Assembly: GCA_028534125.1 (NCBI GenBank)
Contig: CM052817.1
Coordinates: 8,868,001 to 8,932,000, forward strand
DNA from: Lama glama
Taxonomy: Eukaryota
Direction of reading: 5' to 3'
DNA: 64,000 nt
In this document: positions 40,628 through 53,425 of the stretch, piece by piece
Numbering within the stretch: position 1 is the first letter of the stretch
How the letters are laid out: each line of letters begins with the position of its first letter
The notes under the pieces: model-generated
What the model saw: only the letters and a program-made list of their open reading frames with translations
What the model was told of the DNA's origin: nothing
Database searches by the model: none
Position numbers and translations under genes: made by a program

Positions 40628-40727
40628 NNNNNNNNNNNNNNNNNNNNNNNNNNNNNNNNNNNNNNNNNNNNNNNNNNNNNNNNNNNNNNNNNNNNNNNNN
40701 NNNNNNNNNNNNNNNNNNNNNNNNNNN
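40628..40727. other. Assembly gap (100 N)
   Basis: Run of N. Confidence 1.
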
Positions 40728-41711
40728 TAAGAGAATCTGGAAAGTGTATTCCAGCAGTTCATCCAGAAATGAAAGGAAAATCCAAATATTAGTGTTCACG
40801 AGTATTCTCTGCCACACAGTGAGAAGATTTTAGACAGACCTGGAGTCAAATACCAGTTGTGATATAATGAGCTGCACATCATGGGGCCAGTTGTCTACCT
40901 GTTTTGAGTTTTATTTATCTCATCTGTAAAATGATGACTATCCCACCTTCCTCAGAGGTTTGTTGGAAAAAAAAAGGAAGTGAATAAAATTTCAAAGAAA
41001 GTGTTCTCCTTTCTCTTTTCTTTTTTAAGCTCTCTATAAAAATGATCTTGCTAGTTTTCAAATCTGTCCAAAAGGTGTGACATTTGGTGGCATAACCGAA
41101 TGTTAGTTGCTGTGAAGAGGATTCTGGCATGAAGTGGTGGATGAGCCTCATTGACCTCCAAAGTCCTTCAACTCTGTAGGAACCTCTGAAATATTCATTA
41201 AACCCACACCAGGTTAAGCCACAGTCAGACTGGGCATTTATATTGGAACTAAACTCCAGTATGTGCTCAGAAACCATAGCTCTCCTCTCCTTCTGGAACT
41301 AAGTCTTCTCGGCAGAATATCGACATCTGTAAAGCTTTCTGACTTGACTTTTCATTTCTCCTCTTTGCAGAACAGTGCTTGTCTTGGCCTTTCATCTCGA
41401 CATTTAACTGAGAAGAATTTCAGTTGTTTGCAGTCAATCCCACAGTGCTTTTCCAATTTCTCTTTGTTTTCTTTGAGACTTTCAGGAAACCTCAAGTGCC
41501 CTACATAATTCAGTTATGGTTCCAGAGGAGCCTGATGCTTCAAAGTCACAGAGGATTTTTTAAAAAATATTTCAACACCTGTGTATTAGAAACAGCACTG
41601 GATTAGGAATAGGAGTCCAGAGCCACAAGCCTGGCCCTGCTGTTAATTAGCTGTGTGACCTTCAGCAAGTAATTTGTGTTTCTCTCAATTGAATGAGGAG
41701 GGTGAGCTGAT

Positions 41712-41892
41712 CAGTGTTTCATAAAGCACGTTTCATGGCATGCTGGGGTTTCTTGGAGATAGTCCCAGGGCTCTGAGGGAGCAAAGGGAAATCTTTGCCC
41801 TCATCAACTCTGCTTTTCATTGATTTCATATATTTGGAGTTCTAGCAATGTCTCATTGACAAAAAGATTTGCTATTTTTTAAAATTACTAAA
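41712..41892 (+). mobile_element. MER112-like hAT-Charlie MITE inside a MIR
   Basis: cagtgtttcataaagc ... ctctgcttttcattgatttcatatatttggagttc; MIR sequence on both sides (41590-41711, 41893-41940). Confidence 0.5.
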
Positions 41893-42430
41893 TTTGGGTA
41901 ATCTCTAAGGGTCAATTTGCTTCTAATTTCCTTAACTGTGATTTGACTAATAAAAATTTTTGAAATATATTGTGAAATGAGGAACTGACAGAATCTTCAG
42001 TATTAGAGGAATCTGAGTTAAGTCGCTTGTAGCATAAAAAGACAGTGAAGCCAGTTCCAATAGAAGCTCTACCTTTAACTGCCCTCTGATAAAATGTTTA
42101 AATTCTCTAGCTGTAAGTCAATCATTGTAAAATGGGAAAGAAAATGCTTGCCTTGCAGGTTATGAGTATTAAACATTAAAATAATGCTGCGTAGTGCCAA
42201 GCACAGTGATGACAATTACGTGCAGAAACTGCTGGTTCCTGCCCGTACTCACACACACAGGCTGAGTGGATCCACGGTGGCCAGCTGTCCTCTGAGCCCA
42301 GCTGTGGCTGCAGAACCTTCTCCTACCAGGCTCCAGGCAGCTACTACCAATCAGAGGGAGTCAGCACTCAGGACAAAGTGCAGGTGACACCCCTGTCACA
42401 ATCCTTATTTTCTATAAGTAAAATGGGAGC

Positions 42431-42835
42431 TGCTATGGACTGAATGTTTATATTCCCCCAAAATTCATATGTTGAAGGCTTGACTTTTGGTGTGATTGTA
42501 TCTGGAAATTGGACCTTTTCTGAATTAACTAAGGTTAAGTGAGGTCCTAGGGATCAGTCCTGATCCTATAGGACTAGTGCCCTTATCAGAAGAGAACCAG
42601 AGAGCTCTCTTCCTCTCTCTCTCTCTTTCCCTTTCTCCCTCTCCCTGTGATGTGAGGACACAGTAAGAAGATGGCCAATTGCAAACCAGGAAGAGGACCT
42701 TTATTAGAATAACAAGACCATGCTGCCACCCCAGTCGAGACCTCCCAGTCTCCACCACTGCGAGAAAATGAATCTCTGTTGTTTAAGCCACTCAGTCTAC
42801 ATCCTTTGTTAGAGCAACCTGGGCTCACTAAGACG
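42431..42835 (+). mobile_element. MLT1A-like solo LTR inside a MIR
   Basis: tgctatggactgaatgttt..cccccaaaattcatatgttgaag start, tgttgtttaagccactcagtcta, ctaagac end. Confidence 0.9.
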
Positions 42836-43500
42836 GGAATGTCTGCACCTGCCTCAGGTGCTTATTATGACAATCAAAGGGTGCATCGTTCATTTAGTCA
42901 ACATCATGGGATGTCTGTTATGCATGGGACCCTGGGTAAAAAGTACAGGATGCACAAAGACTCGTGACATGGATCCAAGTTCCAAGAAAGTGACTATCTT
43001 AAAGGTGCCAACACACTATCAATGTATGAAAGAAACTGGAAAGTGCATGCTAGCTTGCAGATACAACACACACCTAATTCTTCTCAAAACAAAGATGCTA
43101 GTTAGGTGCAGAGTTAGATGTAAATAATCCTCACTGAAGCATTTTCGTGAGAGTGAAACTTGGAAAATAACTCTAACATATACTAGACTCTGAGCTCTGT
43201 GAGGTCAGACTCCAGATCCCTGTTACCATTTGTACCTTTTATCACTAACTGTCCATCACTAGCCACAGCAACCAGCGTAGGATAGGAATTTGTAAGTGTT
43301 TGTGGCATAAATACATGAATCAATGTTTAAGTGTAATATATTATATATAATATGTATAACATGATCCATGTGTATGAGGTGATAAAGGGAACATATACAC
43401 TAAATCCATAGCAGATTATCTCCACTGTGCATGAACACATTTTTGCATGTAATAAAATTAAAATTTCATTGACCACAAGAGAAATACACTATAGGTAACA

Positions 43501-43796
43501 CGCTATGGACTGAACTGTGTCCCTCTCCATATTTATGTGTTGAAGCTCTAACCCCCAATGTGATGGTTTTTGTATGTGGGGCCTTTGCGAGGTAACTAAG
43601 TGCAGATGAGGGCATGAGATTTGAGCCCTTACGAGGGTGCTGAAGGTGGCCATGCACAAGCCAGGAAGAAAGCTCTCACAGGAACCAGACTGACTGGGAT
43701 ATTGATCTTGAACTTTCTAGCTTGAAATGTGAGAAATAATTGCTTAATCCACGTAGTCTATGGTAATTTGTTATGGCAGCCCTAGAAGACTATACA
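43501..43796 (+). mobile_element. MLT1A-like solo LTR with internal deletion
   Basis: gctatggactgaactgtgtccc ... gtctatggtaatttgttatggcagccctagaagactataca. Confidence 0.85.
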
Positions 43797-44309
43797 GAAC
43801 CCAGGCAGAATGGTTTTCAGTAGACGGATTTAGAGGCCCACACGCCTTTTGGATGAGTGGCAGAGTGGGGCTTAGTGAAAGTGAGACGTGTCGAGATTAG
43901 AGGGAGGACACCACAAATGGTCTCATTTTCTGTGTTTACCATCAAAGCAGGTGAATTCCAGGAGCCTCCTCCGAAGCTAGCACCAACTTTGTAACTGCTC
44001 TCTGCCCACACCACTCTCACCACTGCTGTTTGATTCATCTTGAACGCAGAAATCCTATTTTATTCATCCCCTACACACAGCACTTAGTACAATATCTAGC
44101 GCATAGAAAATAACTCATAAATATTTGCTGAATAAATGATCTCTCCTTTCATTCTCACAACTGATCAGTAACGTGGATGGTATCAATTCCAATGATGAAA
44201 GCTACTAAGGATCCTAAAGTCAACAATATTGCTATAGGATAGAACACTATACAATGATTTTCAAATTTCAGTGACAAGAGAATGTTCACAATAGAAAATA
44301 TTACCTGTT

Positions 44310-44311
<2 letters not shown>

Positions 44312-44354
<43 letters not shown>

Positions 44355-44359
44355 ACACA
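44312..44359. repeat. (CA)n microsatellite
   Basis: Directly visible. Confidence 0.97.
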
Positions 44360-44932
44360 GTATTATCACCGGCTGTTTCTGAGCCATAGAATTAACTTCT
44401 TTTTCTTTCTTTTTCCCTATTCTTTTAGATTTTTATCTTAAAAAATTATCTTCCAACATTTTTATATTAAACTTGCATTATTTTATGATAAAGAATGTTA
44501 CTAAAAAATGATCATTATAGAAAGGCTTTACCGTGTTAGTCATGAACACTCCAGTGTGGATAAGGACATTAAACCAGTGATCAGAAACCCTTGGGAACAG
44601 GAGAAAAGCAGGTCTTCTAGAGGTCAAAGAAGTGGCAGTCACCCTTTTATGATGTTTCTGAAGAATGTTCCTCTCCTTACTCATCACTCTTCAAAATTCA
44701 ATTCACCACTTGCTGAATCTCAGGATTTCAATCTCAGCTCAGAGCAAAGGTCTCCACCCTCAGAGGGAGCTTCCTGCTTCATGCTAGAGTGAGGCTTCAT
44801 TTGTGAGTTCCCTGGCTAGCAGGATACTGTGTCCTCCATGGCCATTTGAGGGGAGCCTGGGAACTAAAACACTGGGACTCGAAAGTATGTGATGCTCTAA
44901 GCTTTGACTGTGTTGCTATGCTCAGCATAGAA

Positions 44933-45120
44933 CAGGGGTTCTCACCTCAGCCCTACTGACATTGAACAGAATGATTGTTTTGGGGTGATATCCTGCACAT
45001 TGTAGAATGTTCTGTAGCATCCCTGAACCCTACCTGCCAGATACCAGTAGCATTTCCACCCCTAAGCCATAGCAAACAAAAACATCTCTAGACACTGCTA
45101 GATGTTTCCTGGAAGCAATT
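44933..45120 (-). mobile_element. MER20
   Basis: caggggttctcacctcagccctactgacatt ... tcctgcacattgtagaatgtt..agcatccctg; antisense to the 14468 copy. Confidence 0.8.
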
Positions 45121-45404
45121 GTAAAAGCTTTATTCTAAGTGTAGTTGAAACTATTGGAGGGTTTAAGCAGAGGAGAGAAATGAGCTAATCTGGCAATCTT
45201 ATGGACCAAGGACAATGGGGGAGAGGGGTCAAAGTCAGGAGCAGGAAGAGCGGTGAGAGGGCTATTCCAATGGTCCAAACGAGACACGATGGTGGCTCAG
45301 AATAGGGTGGAATATGATTAGAAGGTAGCGCCATTAGGACATTCTAAGAGATTGGATTTGTGATGTGAGGGAGAGACACAGGATGATTCCACTTTTATGG
45401 GGCA

Positions 45405-45620
45405 AGATGTAGCATTGTAGTTAAAAGCCAGAGCTCCAGAGGCAGACTGCCCCACTGTGTAAGTTATCTGTTATCCTGGAGTGAGTTATCTATAAACTGG
45501 AGATGATGAAAATACCTATCTACCTCATAGGGCTATTGTGAGAATTACGTGAGTTAATACGTGGAGAGATCGTAAAAGAATGGCTGGTACACGGTAACAG
45601 CTCAGTAAAAGTTCGTTATG
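45405..45620 (+). mobile_element. MIR SINE
   Basis: tagcattgtagttaaaagccagagctccagaggcagactgcc ... acctcatagggctattgtgagaatta. Confidence 0.85.
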
Positions 45621-45964
45621 GGAAACCTGGAGAAGAGCGTGTTTAGAGGAACAAAAATGATGGAGTCCTTAAACCACACTCATTTTTTTCCAATAATGCA
45701 GAGAGCTTTATTTAAGAATCCTGTGTTTGTCATCTCAGTTTCTTATACCTTACCAGCTGTGGAAGCAGAGGCTGCTTACTCTGAACCTATGAGATAAACT
45801 GAGCTTCTCATCTGTGTTTTCTATTAAAAATCAATGTGTTTCTAAATCCAGCTAAACTCCTTGGTATAGACACATGCATGTGTGCACTCGCATGCACACA
45901 CGCACACACACAGAAGGGAGAGAGGTAATATGTATATACAGTGAAATTCCTAAATCATCCAAAG

Positions 45965-46495
45965 GGTCTTAGTTTCCTACTGCTGCATGACAAATTACCA
46001 CAAGGTTAATGGTTTAAAACAGGACCCACTTTTTATCTTACAGTTGGTCAGACATCTAGTTGGGGTCAACTCGGTTCTCTATTTAGGGTCTCGCAAGGTA
46101 AAAATCAAAATGTCAACCAGCCAGGTTCTTATTTGGAGTCTCTGGGGAAGAAGCCACTTCCATTAGCAGAATGCAGTCCCTGCAGTTGTGGATCTGAGCT
46201 CTTGATATATTTGCTGTCAGTCAGCTCCCAAATTCAAGAGGCCCCCTGTACTCCATGTTGCATGGCTCTCTTCATCTTCAAGCCAGCCAAAGGGTCTTGA
46301 CTCTTCCTCATGCTTCAGAGCTCTCTGGTTTGCATTCTGTAACCAACTGGAGAAAACTCTCTGCTTTGAAAGGGTTCATGTGATTATATTAAGTCCACCT
46401 AAATAATCTCTTCTTTTGCTTATATTGTAAGAAAATCATGGGAGAACCACCAAAGGCAAAATTTCTGGGATCTTCTGGGAATTCTGCCTACCACA
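45965..46495 (-). mobile_element. MLT1E-like solo LTR inserted in an old L1 3' end
   Basis: gtcttagtttcctactgctgcatgacaaattaccac ... gaattctgcctaccaca; TSD caaag/ctaag; L1 sequence on both sides. Confidence 0.85.
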
Positions 46496-47335
46496 CTAAG
46501 TGTACAGTTGATGAGTTTTGCCCATGTTTATATTCATGTTTCATCATCCCAATCAGGATTCAGGTCATTTTTTTTTTATCAGAAACTTCCCTTGTGCCCA
46601 TTCCAGTCAATCTCCAAGTCTGGGGGGTAAACATAGTTCTAACTATCACCATAGATTAGTCTTGCCTTCATACAAATGGAGTCACAGAGTATGTGTTCTT
46701 TTGTGTTGGATTCTTTCTCTCAACATGACATTTTTGAGATTCATCCAAGATACATGCATCGCTTGTTTCATTTTATTAAGTAATAATATTCCTTTGTGTG
46801 ACTATACCACAGTTTGTTTATTGATTGAAGAGTTGATAGACATTTTAATTATGGCTATTATGAATAAAGCTGCTATAAACATTCTTAAAACATGTTTATG
46901 TGTGGTGATAACTTTTCATTTCTTTTGTGTAAATAACTAGGTGTGGACATTTCTGGGTCCTTAGGTAGATACATATTCAACTGCCAAATAGTGTTCCAAA
47001 TTGGTTGCAGAATTTTACACACACTCCCACCTCCTGGTAACGCATGAGAAGTCCAGCTGGTATACATCCTTACCTACATTTTTTGTCCATCTTTTTAATT
47101 TGAGTTATTCTGGAGTACATGTACTGGTATCTCTTTGTGGGCATAATTAATATTTCCTGATGGCTCATAATCCTAAGAACACTTTTCTGTGTTCATTGGC
47201 CATTTATATACATTCTTTTCTGAAAGGTCTGTCCAAGTCACTTGACCAATTTTTAATTGGGAAATTGATCTCGTTACTGATTTGTAAAAGTTTGTTATGT
47301 ATTCTGCATAAAGTTCTTCATCAGATATCACATAT
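46496..47335 (-). mobile_element. Old L1 (L1MC/MD-like) 3' fragment
   Basis: aagtgtacagttgatgagtttt, ggctattatgaataaagctgctataaacattc, ttgaccaatttttaattggg. Confidence 0.85.
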
Positions 47336-48862
47336 ATATTCACTTTAATATATAATATATGTGTATATATAATTGGATACATACAAATGAGCATTCAAGA
47401 AAAGAAGAAGTATAAAGAAAAAGTCAATAAAGGAAAAAAGTTCTGAAAAATGTTTAAACCTTTGACTCATTGATTTACATGTTTGTCTCTTTCCAGTCCC
47501 ACAAATACAAAAGAAAACTTACCTTGACTGAGCAAAGGACTACGATATGTGCTGTGGAATAGTGCATCTCATCCCATAAGAGTGAATGCTTCTTGGGAGC
47601 AGGCATCATATGCTTATATTATCCATCTTTCTATCACTCAATTTGTTACAGTATCTGGCATGTTGAAGACAATAAAACATATTTGTTGAGAGAATGAGAT
47701 AATAAATTAATTGACTAATTATCTCTTTTAATTATCACAATGGAGACAATCAATCATTGAGCTTTGGGGAAAGAGAGAAAACCACTGCAAATAAAAGCAA
47801 CATGTATATTAGATATTGACCGTGTTTGGTTTCACACAAGTGAGGGACGGGCACAGTACAGAAGCAAGATAAACAGGATGAAATACACGTCCCCAGTTCC
47901 TAGATGTCCATAAATCTCTTTTAGCCAAAGGCTAAGAATCAAGCCATGCAGTAATGTTTCTGGATGAAATCAATTTCTCTCACATGTATCATGACTTTTC
48001 CTCTCTTGCCTGGATCAATCCTATCAGCATTCACCCATTTTTTTTTCCTCCTTTCACAGCGCTCCCTTGATCCTACATCCTTCTCTAGCATTCTCAGGAA
48101 AAAAAAATTTTTTTTGAAAAAGTTGTTGACACTTGCTTTCGGTTCTTCCCAGTCTCCCATTTACCCCTCCCACCTTTCCTATCTGGTTTCTGCTGAACAC
48201 CTTGCCATGTTAAAGCAAGTATTATTAAAGTCTCCAGAATGCAGACTCAGTGGGCAGTTCTATGTCTTACTTGGGAGTCTATGCAGCACTCAGCAGGACT
48301 GAGAGTCTGTATAAAAGAGAGATTTATGTGGGGGCTTGAAACCACATGGCAGGGATTGGAATCTCAATTCTACTGCTTATTCAGACATCCTCCTCAAGCC
48401 ATCGTGACATCCTGGCACTTCCTCGAAAGTGTTAGTTCCTTCCATTTGGAGGCTTTGCACTTGTTCTTTCTGCTCAGAATGCTCTTTTCCCAGCTCCTCC
48501 CTGTCCTTCAGTTCTCAGCTCAGATTTTCCATCTTCAGGGAGGGCTTCCCTTTTCACCCTTGTACTCAAATGTCATTCCCCCTGTCGTCGCTGTAAGTAA
48601 CCTTGAAGTGAGACTCATGGGTAACCTGGCTCTGATGCAGACTGACTCCATGACCTTGGTCAATTGCATGCCCTCTTGCACTGCAGTTTCCTATTTCAAC
48701 AGATTGCCGTGAGCATCCAATGAGGTAAAATAAGGTACTTACTATCATGCTTGGTGCATAATGAACTATTGTTTTAAGAAATATTCATATTCACTTTTGT
48801 CTTCCCAGATATGCCTAAAAGATTTGGTGCGATTCAGGTTGCTCCACTTTCCTCATTCAGGT

Positions 48863-48899
<37 letters not shown>

Positions 48900-48979
48900 C
48901 ACCATATATATATGTATGCCAAAAAAAATATATATATATGTATGTTGGCATACATATATATATATATATGTATGCCAAC
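48863..48979. repeat. A/(AT)n low-complexity tract ending in a perfect 36-bp palindrome
   Basis: gttggcatac(at)8gtatgccaac at 48944-48979. Confidence 0.95.
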
Positions 48980-49464
48980 TTATTGAAACAGACTCACCAT
49001 ATCTATCGGGAAAATAAAATTATCCTTTTCTAAGACGGGCACTCTAGAAGCAGTACAGTAGCGAATAGGTCTCCAAAGAAATGGGAATGAGCTTTCCCTG
49101 TGTCTTTTAATAGAAGTGTTATTTAACTTTTATGGGAGTGCCACAGAGAAGAGACCAGTTTCTGCTCGGTGAGCTTACAAACAAAATAAAATAAACAGAC
49201 AAGGGAGGCAGTGGGCCATTTGATGAACCTCCCCAGAAGACACACAGCAGTTGGAAAATCAAAATTAACTGGCTGTGTTTATTCACTTTTAACTTCTGCC
49301 TGGGTTGAGCTTTCAACTCTGCCTGAGCACATGTTCTTTTTCTCCGTTTATTATGGATTTTTTCCCAAAGGAACATCAGGCCCCAACTCCCTTTTTGCTC
49401 ACTCTCTCTCTTCTGCTTGTTCTCTTTGAGGTTGTGACCCAGGCAAGGCAGGAGTACAAGCAAG

Positions 49465-49680
49465 GCAGTGCGGCACGGTGGCTCAGAGAAGGTCGTAATC
49501 GGAGCCTTATAAGTCACCTGACCCAGAGCGACTGGATTAATATTTTAAGTTTCATTTTTAAATTGAGGGGGAAAATGTCACCTGCTTCATAGAATTGTGG
49601 AAAGGTTCAAATAAGATGATTCATGTAAAGCCCCTGAATGATGCGTAGTCTGGAATGAGCAATGATTCAGTATTAGATTG
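49465..49680 (+). mobile_element. MIR SINE
   Basis: ggcagtgcggcacggtggctcagag ... cacctgcttcatagaattgtggaaaggttcaaataagatgattcatgtaaagcccc. Confidence 0.7.
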
Positions 49681-51279
49681 CTTCCCACCCCCCAGGATCA
49701 TTATTATTACCATCACGATCACCATCACCATTACCATTATTAGGACTTACACCCAGGTGGGCTCTTGTCCTGGCCCAGACTCGTCTCTTAGCTTTCCAGC
49801 CTCCAACTTTTCCTGACACTTGAAGGTCGAGCTACATGGAAGACATACAAGGAGAGACAGGACAGCTCTTCTCAGGGGTGTTAGAGAATGGAGGTTGCAC
49901 CACATATGTTTAAAAGCTTCCTCCATCTCTTCAATTTAATGATAATACAAAGTGAAACAACAGTGACAAATGCATGGATAATTTATAAATCTGGGTCACA
50001 TCTTGGCTTCTTCCTCTATGTAAATTCTGAACTCCCCCTAATGAGCCAAATAACTGTAGGCTACTGAAAAAGCCTGATGTTTTCTCATCATTAAAAGGAA
50101 AAGGGAAGGCTGGCTAGATCATCTTTAAATTTCATTAGACCACCAAACAGCCATGATCCTTATTTTTAGCTGCAGGCAAACAAACGAATAAAACAAAAAC
50201 AAAACAATGTGTTGTTATAGACTTCTTTTGGCTTTTTACTAACTCAGCTCCCGAAGTGTGAACTATATTTTATTTTCTTGCATTCATTTTCCTCTGATTA
50301 CTCCCTTCCTGGTGGAAGTCCCTGCATTGCTTCACCTTCTCAGAATGAATGCAGCTGAGCCTCTTTGCAGTCCTTCTGTACCAACCCAAATACCCCTATG
50401 AGGGCTTGGGGTCCTTGAGCGATAACTGTTGCTCCCAGACAGAGCTGGCAAGACTCCAAGCTCATATCAGAAATGAGGACCGACCATCATTATTGAATGA
50501 GTTCTCTAGGCAGAGCCTCGTTTGAAAAATCCCTCTCCAACTGATTGAACTCTTTCCTGATTAACGTTGGATAAATATGGAGACTATTACTTAGATACTG
50601 CACTCTGGGAAGCAAATGTGGTAATTATACCTGTCAATCTGCAGAACCCCCTGGTCTCGACTGGAGTGAAATGCTGCCATTTCAATCTAATCTGCAAGAG
50701 GCGAATGGAGAGGGGATGATAAGTATGGAGAATGCTGAAAGCACCCCAGCTGTCAGTATCCGCGTGGGAGGCAGCTGAGGGTTTGGATGTCATCACATTA
50801 GCAATCTCTGCAATAAAAGGCAAGTCTAGCTGCTTTGTGCCCTGAAAAGGAGCAGCAGTTGAAAGCATTAAAATTAGTGCCATTTTACCGAAGATCATGA
50901 TTATTTAAAATGTCACTTGCTTTCCCCAACACTATCATTTATGATGGAACATAAGGAAGAATATCAACCCAGTGACAGACTGAGCCTAGAGTGGAGGGGG
51001 ATGTACCATTTCAGACAGCACCGAGGAGTCACAAACATAGAGGTGTGTTTGGACGTGTGCATGTGAACACTGAGGCATTCCCAATGTCACTCTGAATTTT
51101 CCTCTCCTGATTGGGAGAGCTAGCCATCCGTCCAAAACTCAGGCTGAGAAAGTCACTGGGAGACTTTCCCTAAGTGGAAAGGAAGGAGATGCTCAGTAAG
51201 ACAGTGAAACACCAACAGCATCCCCAAAGAGGGAGTCCCAAATTAACAGCAGGAGCCTATGTAATGATGATGATGGTGG

Positions 51280-51495
51280 TAATGACAGCTACCATTTACA
51301 GACTGTCAAGTTTAGAACTCTTTTAGTTATGCTGATCCAATGAACACTTACAACAGCCTTGTGAATTAGAAAATACTTTAAATCCAATTTTACAGATGAA
51401 TAATACAAAGCACCAGGCAGTGAACTCGCTATCCCAAGGTCAAGTGATGGTGGGAATTTTGGGGACTGGATTCAAAGCTTATACTCTAAATTTCT
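51280..51495 (-). mobile_element. MIR SINE
   Basis: acagctaccatttac ... ccaattttacagatgaa ... cccaaggtca. Confidence 0.7.
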
Positions 51496-52321
51496 AAGTT
51501 GGATGCTTCTTAAAGTTATGAATTAGATAAACACAGGGGCAAGTGTAGAGTAGCAGGTGGCTCATAAACAGGGCATGGTCGGGGAAAATTACTGCAAAAA
51601 TACCTGGAAGTAACGTAGGGTGAAGTTGGGGCTGCAGCATGTGAAAAGCTAGCAATGTCAAACTCCAGCAGGGAGCCAGGGCAAAATGTGCAGGTGTCAC
51701 TGAGGAGCCAGTCTAGAGTCTGTGTGTGAGCATAAAGTCCTAGGATGAATATATTTACCAAAACATCTTCCTTTTTTCCTCCATTTTTCTGACGTCCTAA
51801 GCCCCTTCCTGCCATAGGGATTTGCACATGCTTTTCTCTCCTCCTGAAATGCTTTTCCCTGGAGAAGCTAATCCTTCCCCCAAATTAAGTAGCATCATAT
51901 TCACCTAGTACCCCCCTTCCCCATTACAGCACTTAATACCATGCAGAAGTATTTAATTTCTATTTACTTGAGTTTTTTAAAAAAATCTCTTTCACTAAAA
52001 TGTAACTTCTCTGAGGGCACAGTCTTTGTCAAAATTCTAGATTATGGCATGTAGAAACACTGGCAATAGCTTTTGTTCATACTTACTTTGCAGCAGATTC
52101 TATTTTAAATGTTTTATGCATTATGTTTATTATGTTTTACATCCTCACAATAGGATAGGTATTCTATTATTCTTTTTTTACAGGTGTAGGAAACTGAGTC
52201 ACAGAGAATGGAAGTCCCATTGATTTACGTGTTGGGGGTGATATCTGAACACAGGCAGTTGGGCTCCGAAGTTTACTCTATTCACTGCATTTAAGAAACA
52301 GTCCCTTCTACAAGCCCTCAG

Positions 52322-52821
52322 NNNNNNNNNNNNNNNNNNNNNNNNNNNNNNNNNNNNNNNNNNNNNNNNNNNNNNNNNNNNNNNNNNNNNNNNNNNNNNN
52401 NNNNNNNNNNNNNNNNNNNNNNNNNNNNNNNNNNNNNNNNNNNNNNNNNNNNNNNNNNNNNNNNNNNNNNNNNNNNNNNNNNNNNNNNNNNNNNNNNNNN
52501 NNNNNNNNNNNNNNNNNNNNNNNNNNNNNNNNNNNNNNNNNNNNNNNNNNNNNNNNNNNNNNNNNNNNNNNNNNNNNNNNNNNNNNNNNNNNNNNNNNNN
52601 NNNNNNNNNNNNNNNNNNNNNNNNNNNNNNNNNNNNNNNNNNNNNNNNNNNNNNNNNNNNNNNNNNNNNNNNNNNNNNNNNNNNNNNNNNNNNNNNNNNN
52701 NNNNNNNNNNNNNNNNNNNNNNNNNNNNNNNNNNNNNNNNNNNNNNNNNNNNNNNNNNNNNNNNNNNNNNNNNNNNNNNNNNNNNNNNNNNNNNNNNNNN
52801 NNNNNNNNNNNNNNNNNNNNN
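52322..52821. other. Assembly gap (500 N)
   Basis: Run of N. Confidence 1.
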
Positions 52822-53425
52822 GACATCTGCACCCCAATGTTCATAGCAGCACTATTTGCAATAGCCAAGACATGGAAACAGCCTAAATGTCCATCAACAA
52901 ATGACTGGATAAAGAAGATGTGGTATATTCATACAATGGAATACTACTCAGCCATAAAAATTGACAACATAATGCCATTTGCAGTAACATGGATGCTCCT
53001 GGAGAATGTCATTCTAAATGAAGTAAGCCAGAAAGAGAAAGAAAAATACTATATGAGATCGCTCATATGTGAAATCTTAAAATAAAAAAGCATAAATAAA
53101 AAAACAGAAATAGACTCATAGACATAGAATACAAACTTGTGGTTGCCAAGGGGGCAGGGGGTGGGAAGGGATAAACTGGGATTTCAAAATTGTAGAATAG
53201 ATAAACAAAATTATACTGTATAGCACAGGGAAATATATACAAGATCTTTTATGGTAGCTCACAGAGAAAAAATGTGACAATGAATATATATCTGTTCATG
53301 TATAACTGAAAAATTGTGCTCTACACTGGAATTTGACACAACATTGTAAAATGATTATAAATCAATAAAAAATGTTTAAAAAATGCTAGAAAATTCTTCC
53401 TGTAAAAAAGAAATAAAATAAAATA
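52822..53425 (+). mobile_element. Young lineage-specific L1: ORF2 C-terminus, 3'UTR and A-rich tail (5' part lost in gap)
   Basis: Open frame MFIAALFAIAKTWKQPKCPS..WIKKMWYIHTMEYYSAIK is the ORF2p C-terminus; 3'UTR matches the antisense copy at 62615; aataaa near 53364 and A-rich tail. Confidence 0.95.

Noticed and set aside
41335..41520. Strong-looking splice acceptor (ttcatttctcctctttgcag)
   Set aside because: No convincing downstream donor or coding-like frame. Isolated minus-strand donors near 35930, 47520 and 60440 also lack supported exons. A non-coding exon cannot be excluded without RNA data.
42431..43796. Two same-strand MLT1A LTRs as one provirus
   Set aside because: The spacer is MIR/L2-like rather than MaLR internal sequence, the first LTR splits a MIR on its own, and the two LTRs differ considerably.
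52199..52868. Longest ORFs (212 and 186 aa), and those at 40577-40833
   Set aside because: Artefacts of reading through N gaps.
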